Assembly: GCA_963752035.1 (NCBI GenBank)
Contig: CAVVWZ010000028.1
Coordinates: 7,738-71,737, forward strand
DNA length: 64,000 bases
Source: an uncultured delta proteobacterium
GTDB lineage: Bacteria > Desulfobacterota > WTBG01
Direction of reading: 5' to 3'
Positions 19,263 through 30,066 of the stretch are shown piece after piece. Below the pieces are notes generated by a model. It saw only the letters and a program-made list of their open reading frames with translations, was not told where the DNA came from and did no database searches. The position numbers were made by a program, and so were the translations under genes. The number at the start of each line of letters is the position of its first letter. Positions within the stretch are counted from its first letter, which is position 1.

Positions 19263-19649
19263 TCAACCATTCAGGCCCAGTAACTCTTTAGTTATGTTGA
19301 GAATATAATCCGGGTCAAATGGTTTGGTAAGGTAATCGATGGCTCCAACTGCTTTTCCTCTTTCATGGTCAGCTGTCTGTCCTTTTGCTGTTAACAGCAG
19401 GATTTGTGTATGTTTGCAGTCTGGATTCCGTGTGACTGCCTGACATACCGTCAAACCATCTTTTTTTGGCATCATTATGTCTAAGAATACTAGGTGGGGT
19501 TTTTCCTCAAGAATGAGTGAGAGGGCCTCATCTCCATCTGCTGCGGTTAAGACCTGTATGTCACAGGTATCTGTGAGTTCTTCAAGTGTTTGTTCCAGCA
19601 AAAGGCGAATATGGATCTCATCATCTGCAATGACAATCTTGTATGACAT
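19263..19649 (-). CDS. single-domain response regulator (CheY-like receiver)
   Basis: MSYKIVIADDE.., phospho-acceptor FLDIMMP, ..LTAKG.., ..YLTKPF. Start moved from the track start to Met44. Confidence 0.9.
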   Translation of the reverse strand: MSYKIVIADDEIHIRLLLEQTLEELTDTCDIQVLTAADGDEALSLILEEKPHLVFLDIMMPKKDGLTVCQAVTRNPDCKHTQILLLTAKGQTADHERGKAVGAIDYLTKPFDPDYILNITKELLGLNG

Positions 19650-19799
19650 AGCTCGCGGGCTCCAGTGAAGAAGGATATATATGTCACCATATTTCAAATA
19701 TAAAGTAAATGTAACCCAGAAGTTTTTATAAATCAACTGATAAATGTATAGACGCACAACAGATGTTTCCTCACACACTGGTTAGGGGCAGGGATAACA

Positions 19800-22700
19800 A
19801 TGAGTACAATAGACCTTAAAAAACTTGTTTCTCAAAGAGATGTTCTTCCCGTTATCAATAAACTAATTAGTCATATTAAAACACCCCTTGCTGTTTGGGA
19901 TACACACTCCCATCTTTTATTGGGGAAGGCAGATGGCGTCTACGAAAAACAGCACCCTGTTACTCTTGAAGGCGATGTTATTGGACGAGTGAGTGGTGAT
20001 GAGGGGGCAGTGATTCTGGCTTCATTCCTTTCTTTCGCTGCAATGAGGGAATACGAAAAAAAGGCCCTTACCCGTGAAACTCTGGTCAAGTATAGAGATT
20101 TGTCACACCTCTATGAGATTAGTGAGAAGCTTTCTGCCTCTTTTACATCTACCGAAATTGCCCGATTAGCTATCAATGAAATCCTCAGCTTATTTAATGC
20201 TACCAATGCTTCAATTATGTTAACAGGTGGTGAACAAGGTCGCTTTCAGGTCATTGCTGCTGCGGGTACAAAAAATAAACAAAAGACAATCCTGAGCAGT
20301 GATAAAGGTATTGCAGGCAGGGTCCTTACAACAGGGCAGGCAGAGGTTGTTAATGATGTTTCTTCTGATCCACAGTTTGTAAAAGGGGGGAATAACATTT
20401 CTTCTTTAATGTGTGCACCACTCAGGACAAAAGATACCATTATGGGGGTATTTAATGTAAGTTCTCAAGAGTCCACATACCTTTAGTTCTGAAGATCTCA
20501 AGCTCCTTGCTTCTATTGCCACACAGGTTGGATCAGCGTTGACTAATGCACTGCTCTATGAGGAGTTAAATAATTATTCCGAGGAACTTAAGGAAAAAAA
20601 TATTCAACTGCAAACTGAGGTTGCCGAGCGAACACTGTCAGAAAAAGCCCTCAAGGAGAGTGAGGAGAAATACCGGTTGCACTTTGATAATGTTATGGAT
20701 GTCATTTATTCAGTAAACTCCAATCTTGTGATTACCAGTATATCACCCTCTATAGAGAAACTTCTGGGTTATAAACCGGAAGAGGTGACAAGCAAGCCAT
20801 TTCCTGAATTGAACATGTTAACATCTGAATCTCTCAAAAGGGCATACTCAGATGCCAAACGCATTTTGTCCGGTGAAAGAATAGAATCTGCGGAATATCA
20901 ATTTATTGCAAAAGATGGTTCGATAAAGGTCGGTGAAGTGAGTAGTGCACCCCTTTTCGAAGACGGAAAAGTGATTGCAATCATTTCGGTAGCGAGAGAT
21001 GTTACTGACCGGAAACAGGCACAACAGGAACTGGCTGAGAGCGAAGAACGTTTTCGAACGATGGCTGAGAATATTACCAATGGACTTATCATTTTGGAGC
21101 AGGGAAAGACAGTCTATGTCAATGAGCGTGCATGCGAAATTACGGGATATTCGCAGGAAGAACTTATGAACATGTGGGGCCCGGATTTAACTACTTTAGA
21201 TGAGACTGAGCGAAAAGAAGGGATTATTAATGACATACAAAAAACCGGTGTCTGGCCGGAACAGATAGACACGTGGATGCAACGTAAAGATGGTTCAAGT
21301 TGTTGTGTAAATCTTCGGTTTTCTTTTAGTAGTAAAGCCGGTCAAGAGTACGCCGGTTATGTGGTTGTTACCGATATTACCGAAGTAAGCTGGCTGAAGA
21401 AAAACTCCGGGAGACAACTGGCTTTTTAGACAATATTATTGAAAGTTCTTTGGATTCTATTGTCGTGAGTGATAATAAGGGTAATCTCCAAAGAGTGAAC
21501 AAGGCCTTTCTCCAATTACTGGATTGTGAAGAAAACTGGGTGCTGGGTAAGATGATGGCCGAGCTATCTGTCGTCGAAGAGGGAACCTATGAAACTACCT
21601 ACGGGGAGAAAATCAGGATCGGCAAAGATCATATTGATTATTTGATGGACATGCTCTCTCGATTTATTGAAGAAGGAAAAATAACCAATTGGGAAAGTTA
21701 TGTTTTCCGTAAAGATGGTAAGGTAATTCCTGTAGAGGTAAATATAGTTAAGCTCTACGATGAAAAAGGGGATCAAACCGGTTCGGTGGGAATTGTCAGA
21801 GACATCACGGAAAGAAGAAAGGCTGAAAGTGAAATTACCGAGACGAGAGATTTTCTGGAAAATATTTTCGAGAGTTCGACAGACCCCATTATTATCGGTG
21901 ATTCAGTGGGCACTATTACCAGAACCAACAAGGCTTTTCAAAAACTGCTTGGGTATGAATCCCATGAGATCAAGGGGAAGCATATTGGAGAATTTGTGCC
22001 GGTGGAGGCTGGAACCTATGAGTCACGTGCTGGAACCATGGTGGAGCTTGATGATAATTTCTTCCGCGAGGCAGAGGAAAAGATGACGGAACTGGTCGAG
22101 GGGGGATCACTCGCTGCCTGGCAAAGCTGTTATCTGGGAAAAGATGGAAAAATTATTCCTGTTGAACAGACTATATCATTTTTGTTTGATAAGTATGGAG
22201 AAAGAACAGGAGTTGTTGGTATAAGCAGAGACATTACTGAGCGTAGTGAAGGCTGAACAGGAGATCTTGAAAACCAGGGATTTTTTACAGGATATTTTTA
22301 AGACTTCGCTGGATGGTATTGTTGTTACTGATGCCCTCAGCACCATAACAATGGTGAATGACGCCGCCGTGAAAATCCTTGGTTATCCTCGAAGGGAACT
22401 CATAGGAACCAGGACCCAGGATTTCCTAAAAACAGGTGATGAGTTGGAGGAGCGGGGAAAGGAGATACAACAAATACTTATGAAAAAAGGGTTTGTCTCT
22501 AGTTACGAGCACAAGTGGACCAGAAAAAATGGAACCATAGTTGATGTTGAGATAAGTATAGCGCTTTTAAAAGACCCAGATGGAACTCTCAGCGGAGCTG
22601 TACTCAGCCTCAAAGATGTGACCGCGCGCAAAAAGGCCGAGCAGAAGCTTGTTCAATCCCAGGAACAGCTCAGGTCTCTGGCTTCACAGCTGACACTGAC

Positions 22701-23350
22701 CGAGGAGCGTGAGCGTCGGCGTATTGCAACAGATCTGCATGATCGTATTGGCCAGGCCCTTGCAATTTCCAAAATTAAGCTCGGGGCACTGCGGGAATCA
22801 ACCTCTCCCCTCGGCCTTGGGAATGATGTGGATGGTATACGTGACCTCATCGAACAAACTATTCAGGATACCCGGTCCCTGATATTTGATTTGTGTCCAC
22901 CCTTTCTCTATGAGCTCGGTTTTGAAAAGGCTATAGAGTGGCTTCTTGAAGATATTCAGACTCAACACGGTGTTACAACACACTTTAAAAGTGATGGTAA
23001 CCCTAAACCGCTTGACGATGATATCCGGGTTCTTCTTTATCAATCGATTCGGGAGTTGTTTGTAAATATCGTAAAACATGCACAGGCGGAAAATGCACGG
23101 TTAACCATAAAGAGTGATGATTCCACCATATCCCTCTCTGTTGAGGACGATGGTCGTGGTTTTGATGATAAATGCGACTCCATTCCATATGGAAAAGGAC
23201 AGGGGGTTCGGATTGTTTCGCATTCAGGAGCGTTTTAACTATTTGGGCGGAGAAATAAAGATTAAATCCAAACCAGATCATGGGACGAAAATTTCCCTTA
23301 AACTGCCCTTTACAATCAATGACCACACTGATAAGGAGGAAAGAAAATGA
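19800..23350 (+). pseudogene. multi-domain sensor kinase (N-domain-GAF-PAS x4-HisKA_3-HATPase_c) interrupted by four frame disruptions
   Basis: Five consecutive track ORFs (19800, 20539, 21450, 22246, 23114) lie in frames 0/1/0/1/2. Each ends or begins inside a domain or linker: GAF ..SQESTYL* then FSSEDLKLLASIATQVGSALTNALLYEEL; PAS linkers DITE|..KLAEEKLRE and DITER|VKAEQEIL; HATPase DDGRGFDD..|..GFGLFRIQERFNYLGG. The H-box RRIATDLHDRIGQAL is HisKA_3 type. Confidence 0.75.
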
Positions 23351-23998
23351 GTGTAAAGATAATCCTTGCCGATGACCATCGGATTATGCGAGAGGGCCTC
23401 CGTGCGTTGCTTGAAAAACAGTCAGGTATGGAGGTCATTGCTGAGGCTGAAGATGGAAGAACAACAGTTGATCTGGCCCATGAACTTAAGCCGGATGTGG
23501 TTGTGATTGATATCTCTATGCCTGATTTGAACGGTATTGATGCTACCCGCCAGATCATTAGTGCATCACCTCACATTAAAGTGATTGCCCTTTCAATGCA
23601 TTCAGACAGGAAATTTGTCAGAGAGATGCTGGCTGCTGGCGCATCAGGTTATTTGCTCAAGGATTCAGCGTTCGAAGAGCTTGGTGCTGCACTGGCGGCC
23701 GTGATCAATAACCAGACCTACTTGAGTCCAAAGATAGCTGACACGGTGGTCAGAGACTATCTGGGGAAAATTGATACCACCGAATCCAAGACTTCTCCTA
23801 CCCTCACCCACAGGGAGCGAGAAGTTCTGCAGCTTCTGGCAGAGGGGAGGACAACAAAGGACGATTGCTTCTAAACTCTGTGTGAGTATAAAAACCATCG
23901 AGACACATCGCAAGCAAATTATGGAAAAGGTGGGGCTCAATAGTGTCGCCGAACTCACTAAGTATGCTATCCGTGAAGGCCTGACTTCCCTGGAGTAG
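23347..23998 (+). pseudogene. NarL/LuxR-type response regulator with one frameshift in the HTH domain
   Basis: The receiver domain is intact (MSVKIILADDH..DISMPDLNG..). The frame breaks at ..LAEGRTTK|DDCF*, and the HTH continues in the next frame (IASKLCVSIKTIETHRKQIMEKVGL..REGLTSLE). ATGA overlap with the kinase stop. Colinear with the intact paralogue at 24678. Confidence 0.8.
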
Positions 23999-24382
23999 TA
24001 TGTATTATTGTTTGACACGAAAAAAAACAATATACCACCAAACTGCTAACCACGAAGAACACCCTTGTTAAATAGTTTCACTGCTAACCGGGCAAGCTGA
24101 AGAGACACTAAGGTATAAACAAAGAACAGAAAAAAGGGTATGTAATCTGCGGTAATCTGAGAAAATCTGCGTCCTAAGTAGCTAACCAGCTCAACTATAA
24201 TCTCATAAGTCAATAATTCAGGAACGTCCCCTACATTTCATGATGCAAGATACAAGACTCATGATACAGGAAATGCTTTTCTGATTCTTCGGTCTTAAGC
24301 TTTTTTATTAAAGTATTTTTGATTCTGACTTCTTACTCCTGACTTCTGTTTTGTGACTTCTGACTCCTTTTGTCTAAGGCAT

Positions 24383-24410
24383 TTCGAAGTGAAAAATCAG
24401 GGTTTTCCCT
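24383..24410. repeat. family-D motif, second copy
   Basis: ttcgaagtgaaaaatcagggttttccct, compared with 17242..17269. It lies directly upstream of the predicted -35 box at 24412. Confidence 0.5.
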
Positions 24411-24411
24411 A

Positions 24412-24440
24412 TTGCAAAACATGTGTTCTGAATTTATAAT
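24412..24440 (+). promoter_or_regulatory. sigma-70-like promoter upstream of the intact NarL-type regulator
   Basis: TTGCAA, then a 17-nt spacer, then TATAAT. This implies a ~230-nt leader before the ATG at 24678. Confidence 0.5.
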
Positions 24441-24677
24441 ATATACTAACAAGTAAAAGTGCAAAATAATTAAAGAGAGTTAGTAAAAGAATGGAGAATT
24501 TGGTACATTATGAAAATGTAATCAACCTGCCAATTTATGTTTTTTGAGAAAATGGCTGGTAAGTGCTTTATATGATATGTTTCCTGCACGTTGCCGGTTC
24601 TCTTTGGTTTCGTATGAGTAACGGTTGGCCTACTAGTTTTTGAATCGGAGTAACTGTGCTGAGAAGGAGCAATTAGA

Positions 24678-25325
24678 ATGACCATTAAAATTATCCTTGC
24701 TGATGATCACCGGATTATACGAGAGGGTCTTCGCGCACTATTGGAAAAAGAATCTGGTGTGGAAGTCGTTGCTGAAGCAGCTGATGGAAGGACTGCAGTC
24801 AAACTGTGTCGTGAGTTTACCCCTGATGTGATTATTATGGATATTACCATGCCCGATTTGAACGGTATCGAGGCAACACATCAGATATTATCTGAATTCC
24901 CTGACATCAAAGTGATAGCGCTCTCAATGCACTCTGACAAACGGTTCGTTTCAGAGATGTTTAATGCGGGTGCCTTGGGTTACCTCCTGAAGGATTCTGC
25001 CTTTGAAGAGCTGAGTAGCGCCTTGCAGGCCGTCTATAGTAACCAGCTGTACCTGAGTGCGCAGTTAGCCGGCTTAAAAGACTACCTGGGCAGGGTAAAG
25101 GCGACACAAATGGTTGATTCCTCGACAATTCTTACCACCAGGGAGCGGGAAGTCCTGCAGCTGCTTGCTGAAGGGAAGACAACCCATCAAATTGCCTCAT
25201 CACTCTGCTTAAGCGGAAAGACTGTGGCAGCGCACCGCACACAAATTATGAATAAGTTGAATCTTAGAAGTATTGCGGAGTTGACCAAATATGCTATTCG
25301 TGAAGGACTAACCGCTCTCGAATAG
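24678..25325 (+). CDS. NarL/LuxR-type response regulator (receiver + HTH), intact
   Basis: 215 aa: MTIKIILADDH.., DITMPDLNG, LTTREREVLQLLAEGKTTHQIASSL..KTV..HR..IM.KL. SD GAAGGAG upstream. Confidence 0.9.
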   Translation: MTIKIILADDHRIIREGLRALLEKESGVEVVAEAADGRTAVKLCREFTPDVIIMDITMPDLNGIEATHQILSEFPDIKVIALSMHSDKRFVSEMFNAGALGYLLKDSAFEELSSALQAVYSNQLYLSAQLAGLKDYLGRVKATQMVDSSTILTTREREVLQLLAEGKTTHQIASSLCLSGKTVAAHRTQIMNKLNLRSIAELTKYAIREGLTALE

Positions 25326-25374
25326 TGACTTTATAAATTATCGTGCAGGTGTTTAATGGTTTTTCCGGGGGGAC

Positions 25375-26709
25375 TTAGCCTTTAGCTATAATCCTCCTTT
25401 TTTTCTCCAGCACTTCTGCCGTGGCTGGCATATTCTGGTCCTCGATCTTTTCAAGTGTGTCCAGTATTTCACGTAAATTTTTATTGCCGGAAAACTCAGC
25501 AAACTTTTTCTCACTGGTGGTAACAACATCTACGATGATCTTATCGGAGGCACTGTCAGTCGCAAGCTTTTGATCTCCCTGTACTGCCTGTATGATATCA
25601 CTCATCTTTATAGTATCTAAATTCCGCGCTGGTAAATAAGCCCCCTGTCCGGACTGATTCAACTCGATTAATAGGTTGCAGTCCAGCAGGGAAGAAATGA
25701 GCTCTTTTGTCAGGTTAAAGGGTAAATTCAACTGTTCTGTAATGTCTTTTAAGGTGGGAGGAGGGTTTTGAGTAAGAAAATTTTTCCCGACGACTAGCAA
25801 AATCCTGAGGGATAGATACTCCCGCTCTTTGTAAGTGGGGGAGTGTACCTTCAATCCTTTTTTCAAAAGGTTAAAATTCTGGAAAGTGAAGGAGAGCTCT
25901 GCTCCAAAAAGAAAAACGGACCAGCTGATAAAGAGCCAGAGAAAGAAGAGGGGAATCACCCCGAGTGATCCATAGATTTTTGAGTAAACCAGTATTGTCG
26001 AGGTATAGATAGTAAATCCCATGCCGGCAATCTGCCAGATGGTTCCTCCCACGATACCACCCACTATGGCTGACAAAGGTTTTACTTTTGTATTGGGCAT
26101 GAAGAGATAAATCCCCGTAAAGGCACACCAGATGAAAAGGTAGGGCAGGTAGGTGAACAAATCAAGGTTGATGTAGTTTTCCAACCATGTTACTGCCCGA
26201 TAGCTCCTGAGTGTTGCGGGAATGGCAATAGAGAGGGCCATCAGGGGGGGACCAAAGGTAATAGCTGTCCAGTAGAGGGCCAACCGGTAAAAAAACGGCC
26301 TGTGCTTTCTCAGTCCCCAGATTTCGTTTAATATCATCTCCAGTTGCCCGAGAAGAAAGATTGCAGCAAGAAATACCAGCACTGTTCCCACTGCCCCTAT
26401 TGCCCCTGCGTTGAGCCGTTGAATTAACGAATCGATTGTGGTGATCAGTTTTTCTTGCGCCCCTGGTACCAGCACGTGGAGAATCAGGGGCCGTATTTTC
26501 GCTTCGAGTCCTTTAAGTCCCCCGAAGGCGCTGAATAGGGAGAAGGTCACTGCGAGCAGAGGAATCAGGGCAAAAACAGTGGTATAGGTAAGTGCCGCTG
26601 CCCAGAGGATGCACCGGTTGTTTACAAAATCCTTAAGGGCTAAGGATATCAGCTGGGTACTATTGGCGTATAAAGCTGAGAACGTGAACCGGGGAATTCG
26701 TAACTTCAT
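25375..26709 (-). CDS. YihY/BrkB family membrane protein with C-terminal winged-helix-like extension
   Basis: The N-terminal ~290 aa is a multi-TM YihY pattern (..AAALTYTTVFALIPLLAV..). The C-terminal ~150 aa (..YLSLRILLVVGKNF...PTLKDITEQLNLPFNLTKELISSLL..) resembles Rrf2-type wHTH. Confidence 0.75.
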   Translation of the reverse strand: MKLRIPRFTFSALYANSTQLISLALKDFVNNRCILWAAALTYTTVFALIPLLAVTFSLFSAFGGLKGLEAKIRPLILHVLVPGAQEKLITTIDSLIQRLNAGAIGAVGTVLVFLAAIFLLGQLEMILNEIWGLRKHRPFFYRLALYWTAITFGPPLMALSIAIPATLRSYRAVTWLENYINLDLFTYLPYLFIWCAFTGIYLFMPNTKVKPLSAIVGGIVGGTIWQIAGMGFTIYTSTILVYSKIYGSLGVIPLFFLWLFISWSVFLFGAELSFTFQNFNLLKKGLKVHSPTYKEREYLSLRILLVVGKNFLTQNPPPTLKDITEQLNLPFNLTKELISSLLDCNLLIELNQSGQGAYLPARNLDTIKMSDIIQAVQGDQKLATDSASDKIIVDVVTTSEKKFAEFSGNKNLREILDTLEKIEDQNMPATAEVLEKKRRIIAKG

Positions 26710-26745
26710 AGAGACCTCATAAGATCAGCATGCCATCCCAAAGTT

Positions 26746-28089
26746 TTAGTTATTTCTTACGGTTTTGCCGGCAGCTCTAACCCAGATTCTAATAACTGCC
26801 TCCCTGGGTGGAGGGATAGTTTTTCCCTGGTAAAGAGCATTCAGTGTAGGGTATAAGGTTGCAGGGTTCTGTTTGGCAAGGCTGGGGATATCTTTTATAC
26901 CTGCCTGTACGAGCATATCGGCATGTGACGTGCCCATTCCTTTGAGCTCAGCCAGTTCTGCCATTTTCTTCCAGCCTACAAGCTCCCCCACTGTAACGTT
27001 TAGCTCTTCCGCCAACGCACCTCTTTCCTGTTCAGTACCGGACTTTCCAAGGAGTTCCTGTGGGGTATCTATTCCATGTTTTGCAAGGCGTGCAATCATT
27101 TCTGGGGATATGCTCTGTAGCTCTTGTAATCTGGGCCAATAGGAATTAACGGTTGTATAATCCATAGCATAAAATGTGCTAAGGCAAAGAATTAAACCCA
27201 CCAGAAAAGACAGCACTTTTACGGGATATGATACTCGTTTTCCCTGATTTAGTCTATAGTTATCTTCTTCCCATCCCCGGTGGTGCCGAAACAGGCTGAT
27301 AAAATTGTACATGACATAGCATTCCACCGCGAAAGGGGGGAACCCCAGGAATCCTGCCAGGGGCATTTCAAACAATTTGAGCTCTTCGAAAAAGGGAACT
27401 GTATAAATCCATTTGGTACGGGCCCAGAAATTCCAGAATTCCCACAAAATGCCGCTGATTAAGCCTGCGGTTAAGAGCAGGTAAAATTTCCGTGCAGTAC
27501 CCTGTTCCCAGTCTTTGAGGAGTGATTTTCCACCCTTCAGATAGTTAATGGGCTCAAGTAGAAAAATGAGACTACCCCAGATAAGTGGGAAACAATACCG
27601 GGGATACAGTAAAACACCCAGCAGGCAGATGAACCCTAGCGCGAAAAGTGCTGTTAACCAACCCTGGTTAACAGCCAGGGGCTTGACCCGGCTTTTTTTA
27701 AAGAGGCCTGCAGCCTCTAAGAGTTCCGTTGTTTCAAAAATTCCCGGAAGTACAGTGGCATAGGCAACTGCATAGCCCAGCCATCGAATGGGCAGAACTG
27801 GTACTACATTGATGTAGTACCAGTTCTGCAAAATCAGATTTACCGATTCAAAAAAGGTCCATATTACAATAGACCAGAAGAGCATCAGATAAAACTCTCC
27901 TCTCCTGTTCATGATAAGAGAATTTTGTTTAATCTTGTAAATGATGCTATCGACAATGAGGATGTAGGGCCACCAGGCACAATAGTAAAACCATGAGGCC
28001 ACCGGCTCAACGTTTCTAAGGAGCAGGACCTGTGAGATGAGCAAGAGTATCAGACCTGCTATGCCATGGAGATTTTTTTGTTTTGCCAT
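26746..28089 (-). CDS. polytopic membrane protein with C-terminal DUF4332-like helix-hairpin-helix domain
   Basis: ~10 TM helices followed by ..IARLAKHGIDTPQELL.. ..LAELKGMGTSHADMLVQAGIKDIPSLA... Start uncertain (track 28173; MAKQKNL.. at 28089). Confidence 0.55.
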   Translation of the reverse strand: MAKQKNLHGIAGLILLLISQVLLLRNVEPVASWFYYCAWWPYILIVDSIIYKIKQNSLIMNRRGEFYLMLFWSIVIWTFFESVNLILQNWYYINVVPVLPIRWLGYAVAYATVLPGIFETTELLEAAGLFKKSRVKPLAVNQGWLTALFALGFICLLGVLLYPRYCFPLIWGSLIFLLEPINYLKGGKSLLKDWEQGTARKFYLLLTAGLISGILWEFWNFWARTKWIYTVPFFEELKLFEMPLAGFLGFPPFAVECYVMYNFISLFRHHRGWEEDNYRLNQGKRVSYPVKVLSFLVGLILCLSTFYAMDYTTVNSYWPRLQELQSISPEMIARLAKHGIDTPQELLGKSGTEQERGALAEELNVTVGELVGWKKMAELAELKGMGTSHADMLVQAGIKDIPSLAKQNPATLYPTLNALYQGKTIPPPREAVIRIWVRAAGKTVRNN

Positions 28090-28309
28090 TGGGTTTATTC
28101 CTGCTTGCATATTAAACACCGGTGCACTGTCAACTGAATCTTCACATTCAAAGCCTGGAATAATTATACACATTTATATGACCTAAGGCCACATGAGATT
28201 GAAGGAAATATTTTATTGACGATAGGTATTTGAGATGTTAAGTATAAGCAGTTTATTAGCTATTTCCCCTTAAAGAACTTTCTTATCAATTTAACAGGAT
28301 TCCTACTGT

Positions 28310-29596
28310 ATGCTTGATTTTAAATATCTCCGTGAACATATTGACGATGTAAAAGAAAAGATAGCGCACCGGGGTGCGACTATTGACTGGGAAACCTTTT
28401 TCGAACTTGATGCCTCCCGAAGGGAACTGTTGCAGGAGGTAGAGGATTTACGGTGTCAGAGAAACACCGCATCTGAAAAGATCGCCTTGTTAAAGAGAGA
28501 TAAGAAAGAGGCTTCCCAGGAGATAGAGAATATGCGTCTCGTGTCTCAGCGTATCAAGGAGCTGGAGAGCGTTTTGCAGGAGAGAGAGGTTGCCCTCAAT
28601 GGATTTATGCTTACTATTCCCAATGTCCCCCACGCATCGGTTCCTGAAGGCAAGAGTGATGAGGACAACCTGGAAATAAAACGATGGGGGAATCAACCTC
28701 AGTTTTCATTTCAACCGAAACCTCACTGGGAGATCGGAGAACAGTTGGGGATTTTGGATTTCGAGCGGGGCGCTAAAATTACAGGAGCTCGATTCACTCT
28801 TTATCGCGGTTTAGGCGCTCAGATGGAGAGGGCACTGATAAATTTTATGCTTGATTTACACACCAGGGAACATAACTACCTGGAAGTTCTCCCCCCCTTC
28901 ATTGTCAACAAGGAGAGTATGACGGGCACCGGCCAGCTCCCAAAATTTGAGGAGGACCTCTTTAAGCTTGAGAATTTAGACTACTACCTGGTACCGACTG
29001 CTGAAGTTCCAGTAACCAATATTCATCAAAACGAAATTCTCCCAGGTGATTGTCTGCCACTGTACTACACAGCATACACTCCCTGTTTTCGAAGGGAAGC
29101 GGGGTCTCATGGCAGAGAGACCAGGGGTTTAATTAGACAGCACCAGTTCAATAAAGTAGAACTGGTCAAAGTGACAGCTCCTGAGCATTCTTATGACGAA
29201 CTGGAAAAACTCCTTCGGAATGCTGAGGAAGTGTTACAGCGCTTGGATATTTCCTACCGTGTTGTCAGTCTCTGTACCGGAGACCTCGGCTTCTCAGCAG
29301 CAAAGACATACGATATTGAAGTGTGGCTTCCGGGACAGAACGTCTTCCGTGAGATATCTTCCTGCAGCAACTTTGAAGATTTCCAGGCCCGTAGAGCAAA
29401 AATCCGCTATAAAACAGGGGTGAAAGAAAAGTCAGCTTATGTTCACACCTTGAATGGTTCTGGTTTGGCTGTGGGAAGAACGGTAGTAGCGATCCTGGAA
29501 AATTATCAGCAAGAAGATGGCAGTGTCATAATTCCCGAAGCACTAAGACCCTATATGCATGGAACCCCTGAAATAGTGATGGGGCATATCTGCTGA
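28310..29596 (+). CDS. serS: serine--tRNA ligase
   Basis: 428 aa with an N-terminal coiled-coil arm, class II motifs and TGTGQLPKF. Confidence 0.95.
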   Translation: MLDFKYLREHIDDVKEKIAHRGATIDWETFFELDASRRELLQEVEDLRCQRNTASEKIALLKRDKKEASQEIENMRLVSQRIKELESVLQEREVALNGFMLTIPNVPHASVPEGKSDEDNLEIKRWGNQPQFSFQPKPHWEIGEQLGILDFERGAKITGARFTLYRGLGAQMERALINFMLDLHTREHNYLEVLPPFIVNKESMTGTGQLPKFEEDLFKLENLDYYLVPTAEVPVTNIHQNEILPGDCLPLYYTAYTPCFRREAGSHGRETRGLIRQHQFNKVELVKVTAPEHSYDELEKLLRNAEEVLQRLDISYRVVSLCTGDLGFSAAKTYDIEVWLPGQNVFREISSCSNFEDFQARRAKIRYKTGVKEKSAYVHTLNGSGLAVGRTVVAILENYQQEDGSVIIPEALRPYMHGTPEIVMGHIC

Positions 29597-29605
29597 GGCA
29601 AAGCT

Positions 29606-29986
29606 ATGTCATTTATTGAGTTTACTGCAAAAAAGACAAAAAACCTGGATAAGTCCACAGTTTCAATTAACAAAGGTGGCAGGATAGTATTTTCTCAACG
29701 ATGCTATACAGATCATCTCAAGGGCTTTAAGTTTGTGCAGCTGTTTTATGATCCTGATAGAAAGATAATAGGTCTGAAGCCAACCAATGAAGAATCTGCA
29801 AATGTCTATCCAGTGAAAGTTGGACGTGACCAGAAGAATGCCTACATCTCTTGTATTGCCTATTTTAAATTCTTCACCATTGATGACTCAAGCAGAAAGA
29901 TGGATACTCGATGGAATAAGGATGCACAACTCATCGAGGCCCGTGAACTTACCAAAACGGAGAGTCAAAAAACATTGTTTGATTAG
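29606..29986 (+). CDS. hypothetical protein
   Basis: 126 aa, starting 10 nt after the serS stop. Weak AbrB/SpoVT-like pattern (VSINKGGRIVFSQ..LFYDPDRKIIGLKP). No family recognised. Confidence 0.5.
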   Translation: MSFIEFTAKKTKNLDKSTVSINKGGRIVFSQRCYTDHLKGFKFVQLFYDPDRKIIGLKPTNEESANVYPVKVGRDQKNAYISCIAYFKFFTIDDSSRKMDTRWNKDAQLIEARELTKTESQKTLFD

Positions 29987-30066
29987 TAGCGGCTGTTGAA
30001 TTTACTGGGAGTTGATGACTTTTTTCATCCTAAGAAAACCCTTTTGTATGATGAGGAGGATTGCCA

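Noticed and set aside
24470-24685. 71-aa minus-strand ORF.
   Set aside because: It lies antisense within the predicted leader and start region of the intact NarL-type regulator. No SD and no homology pattern.
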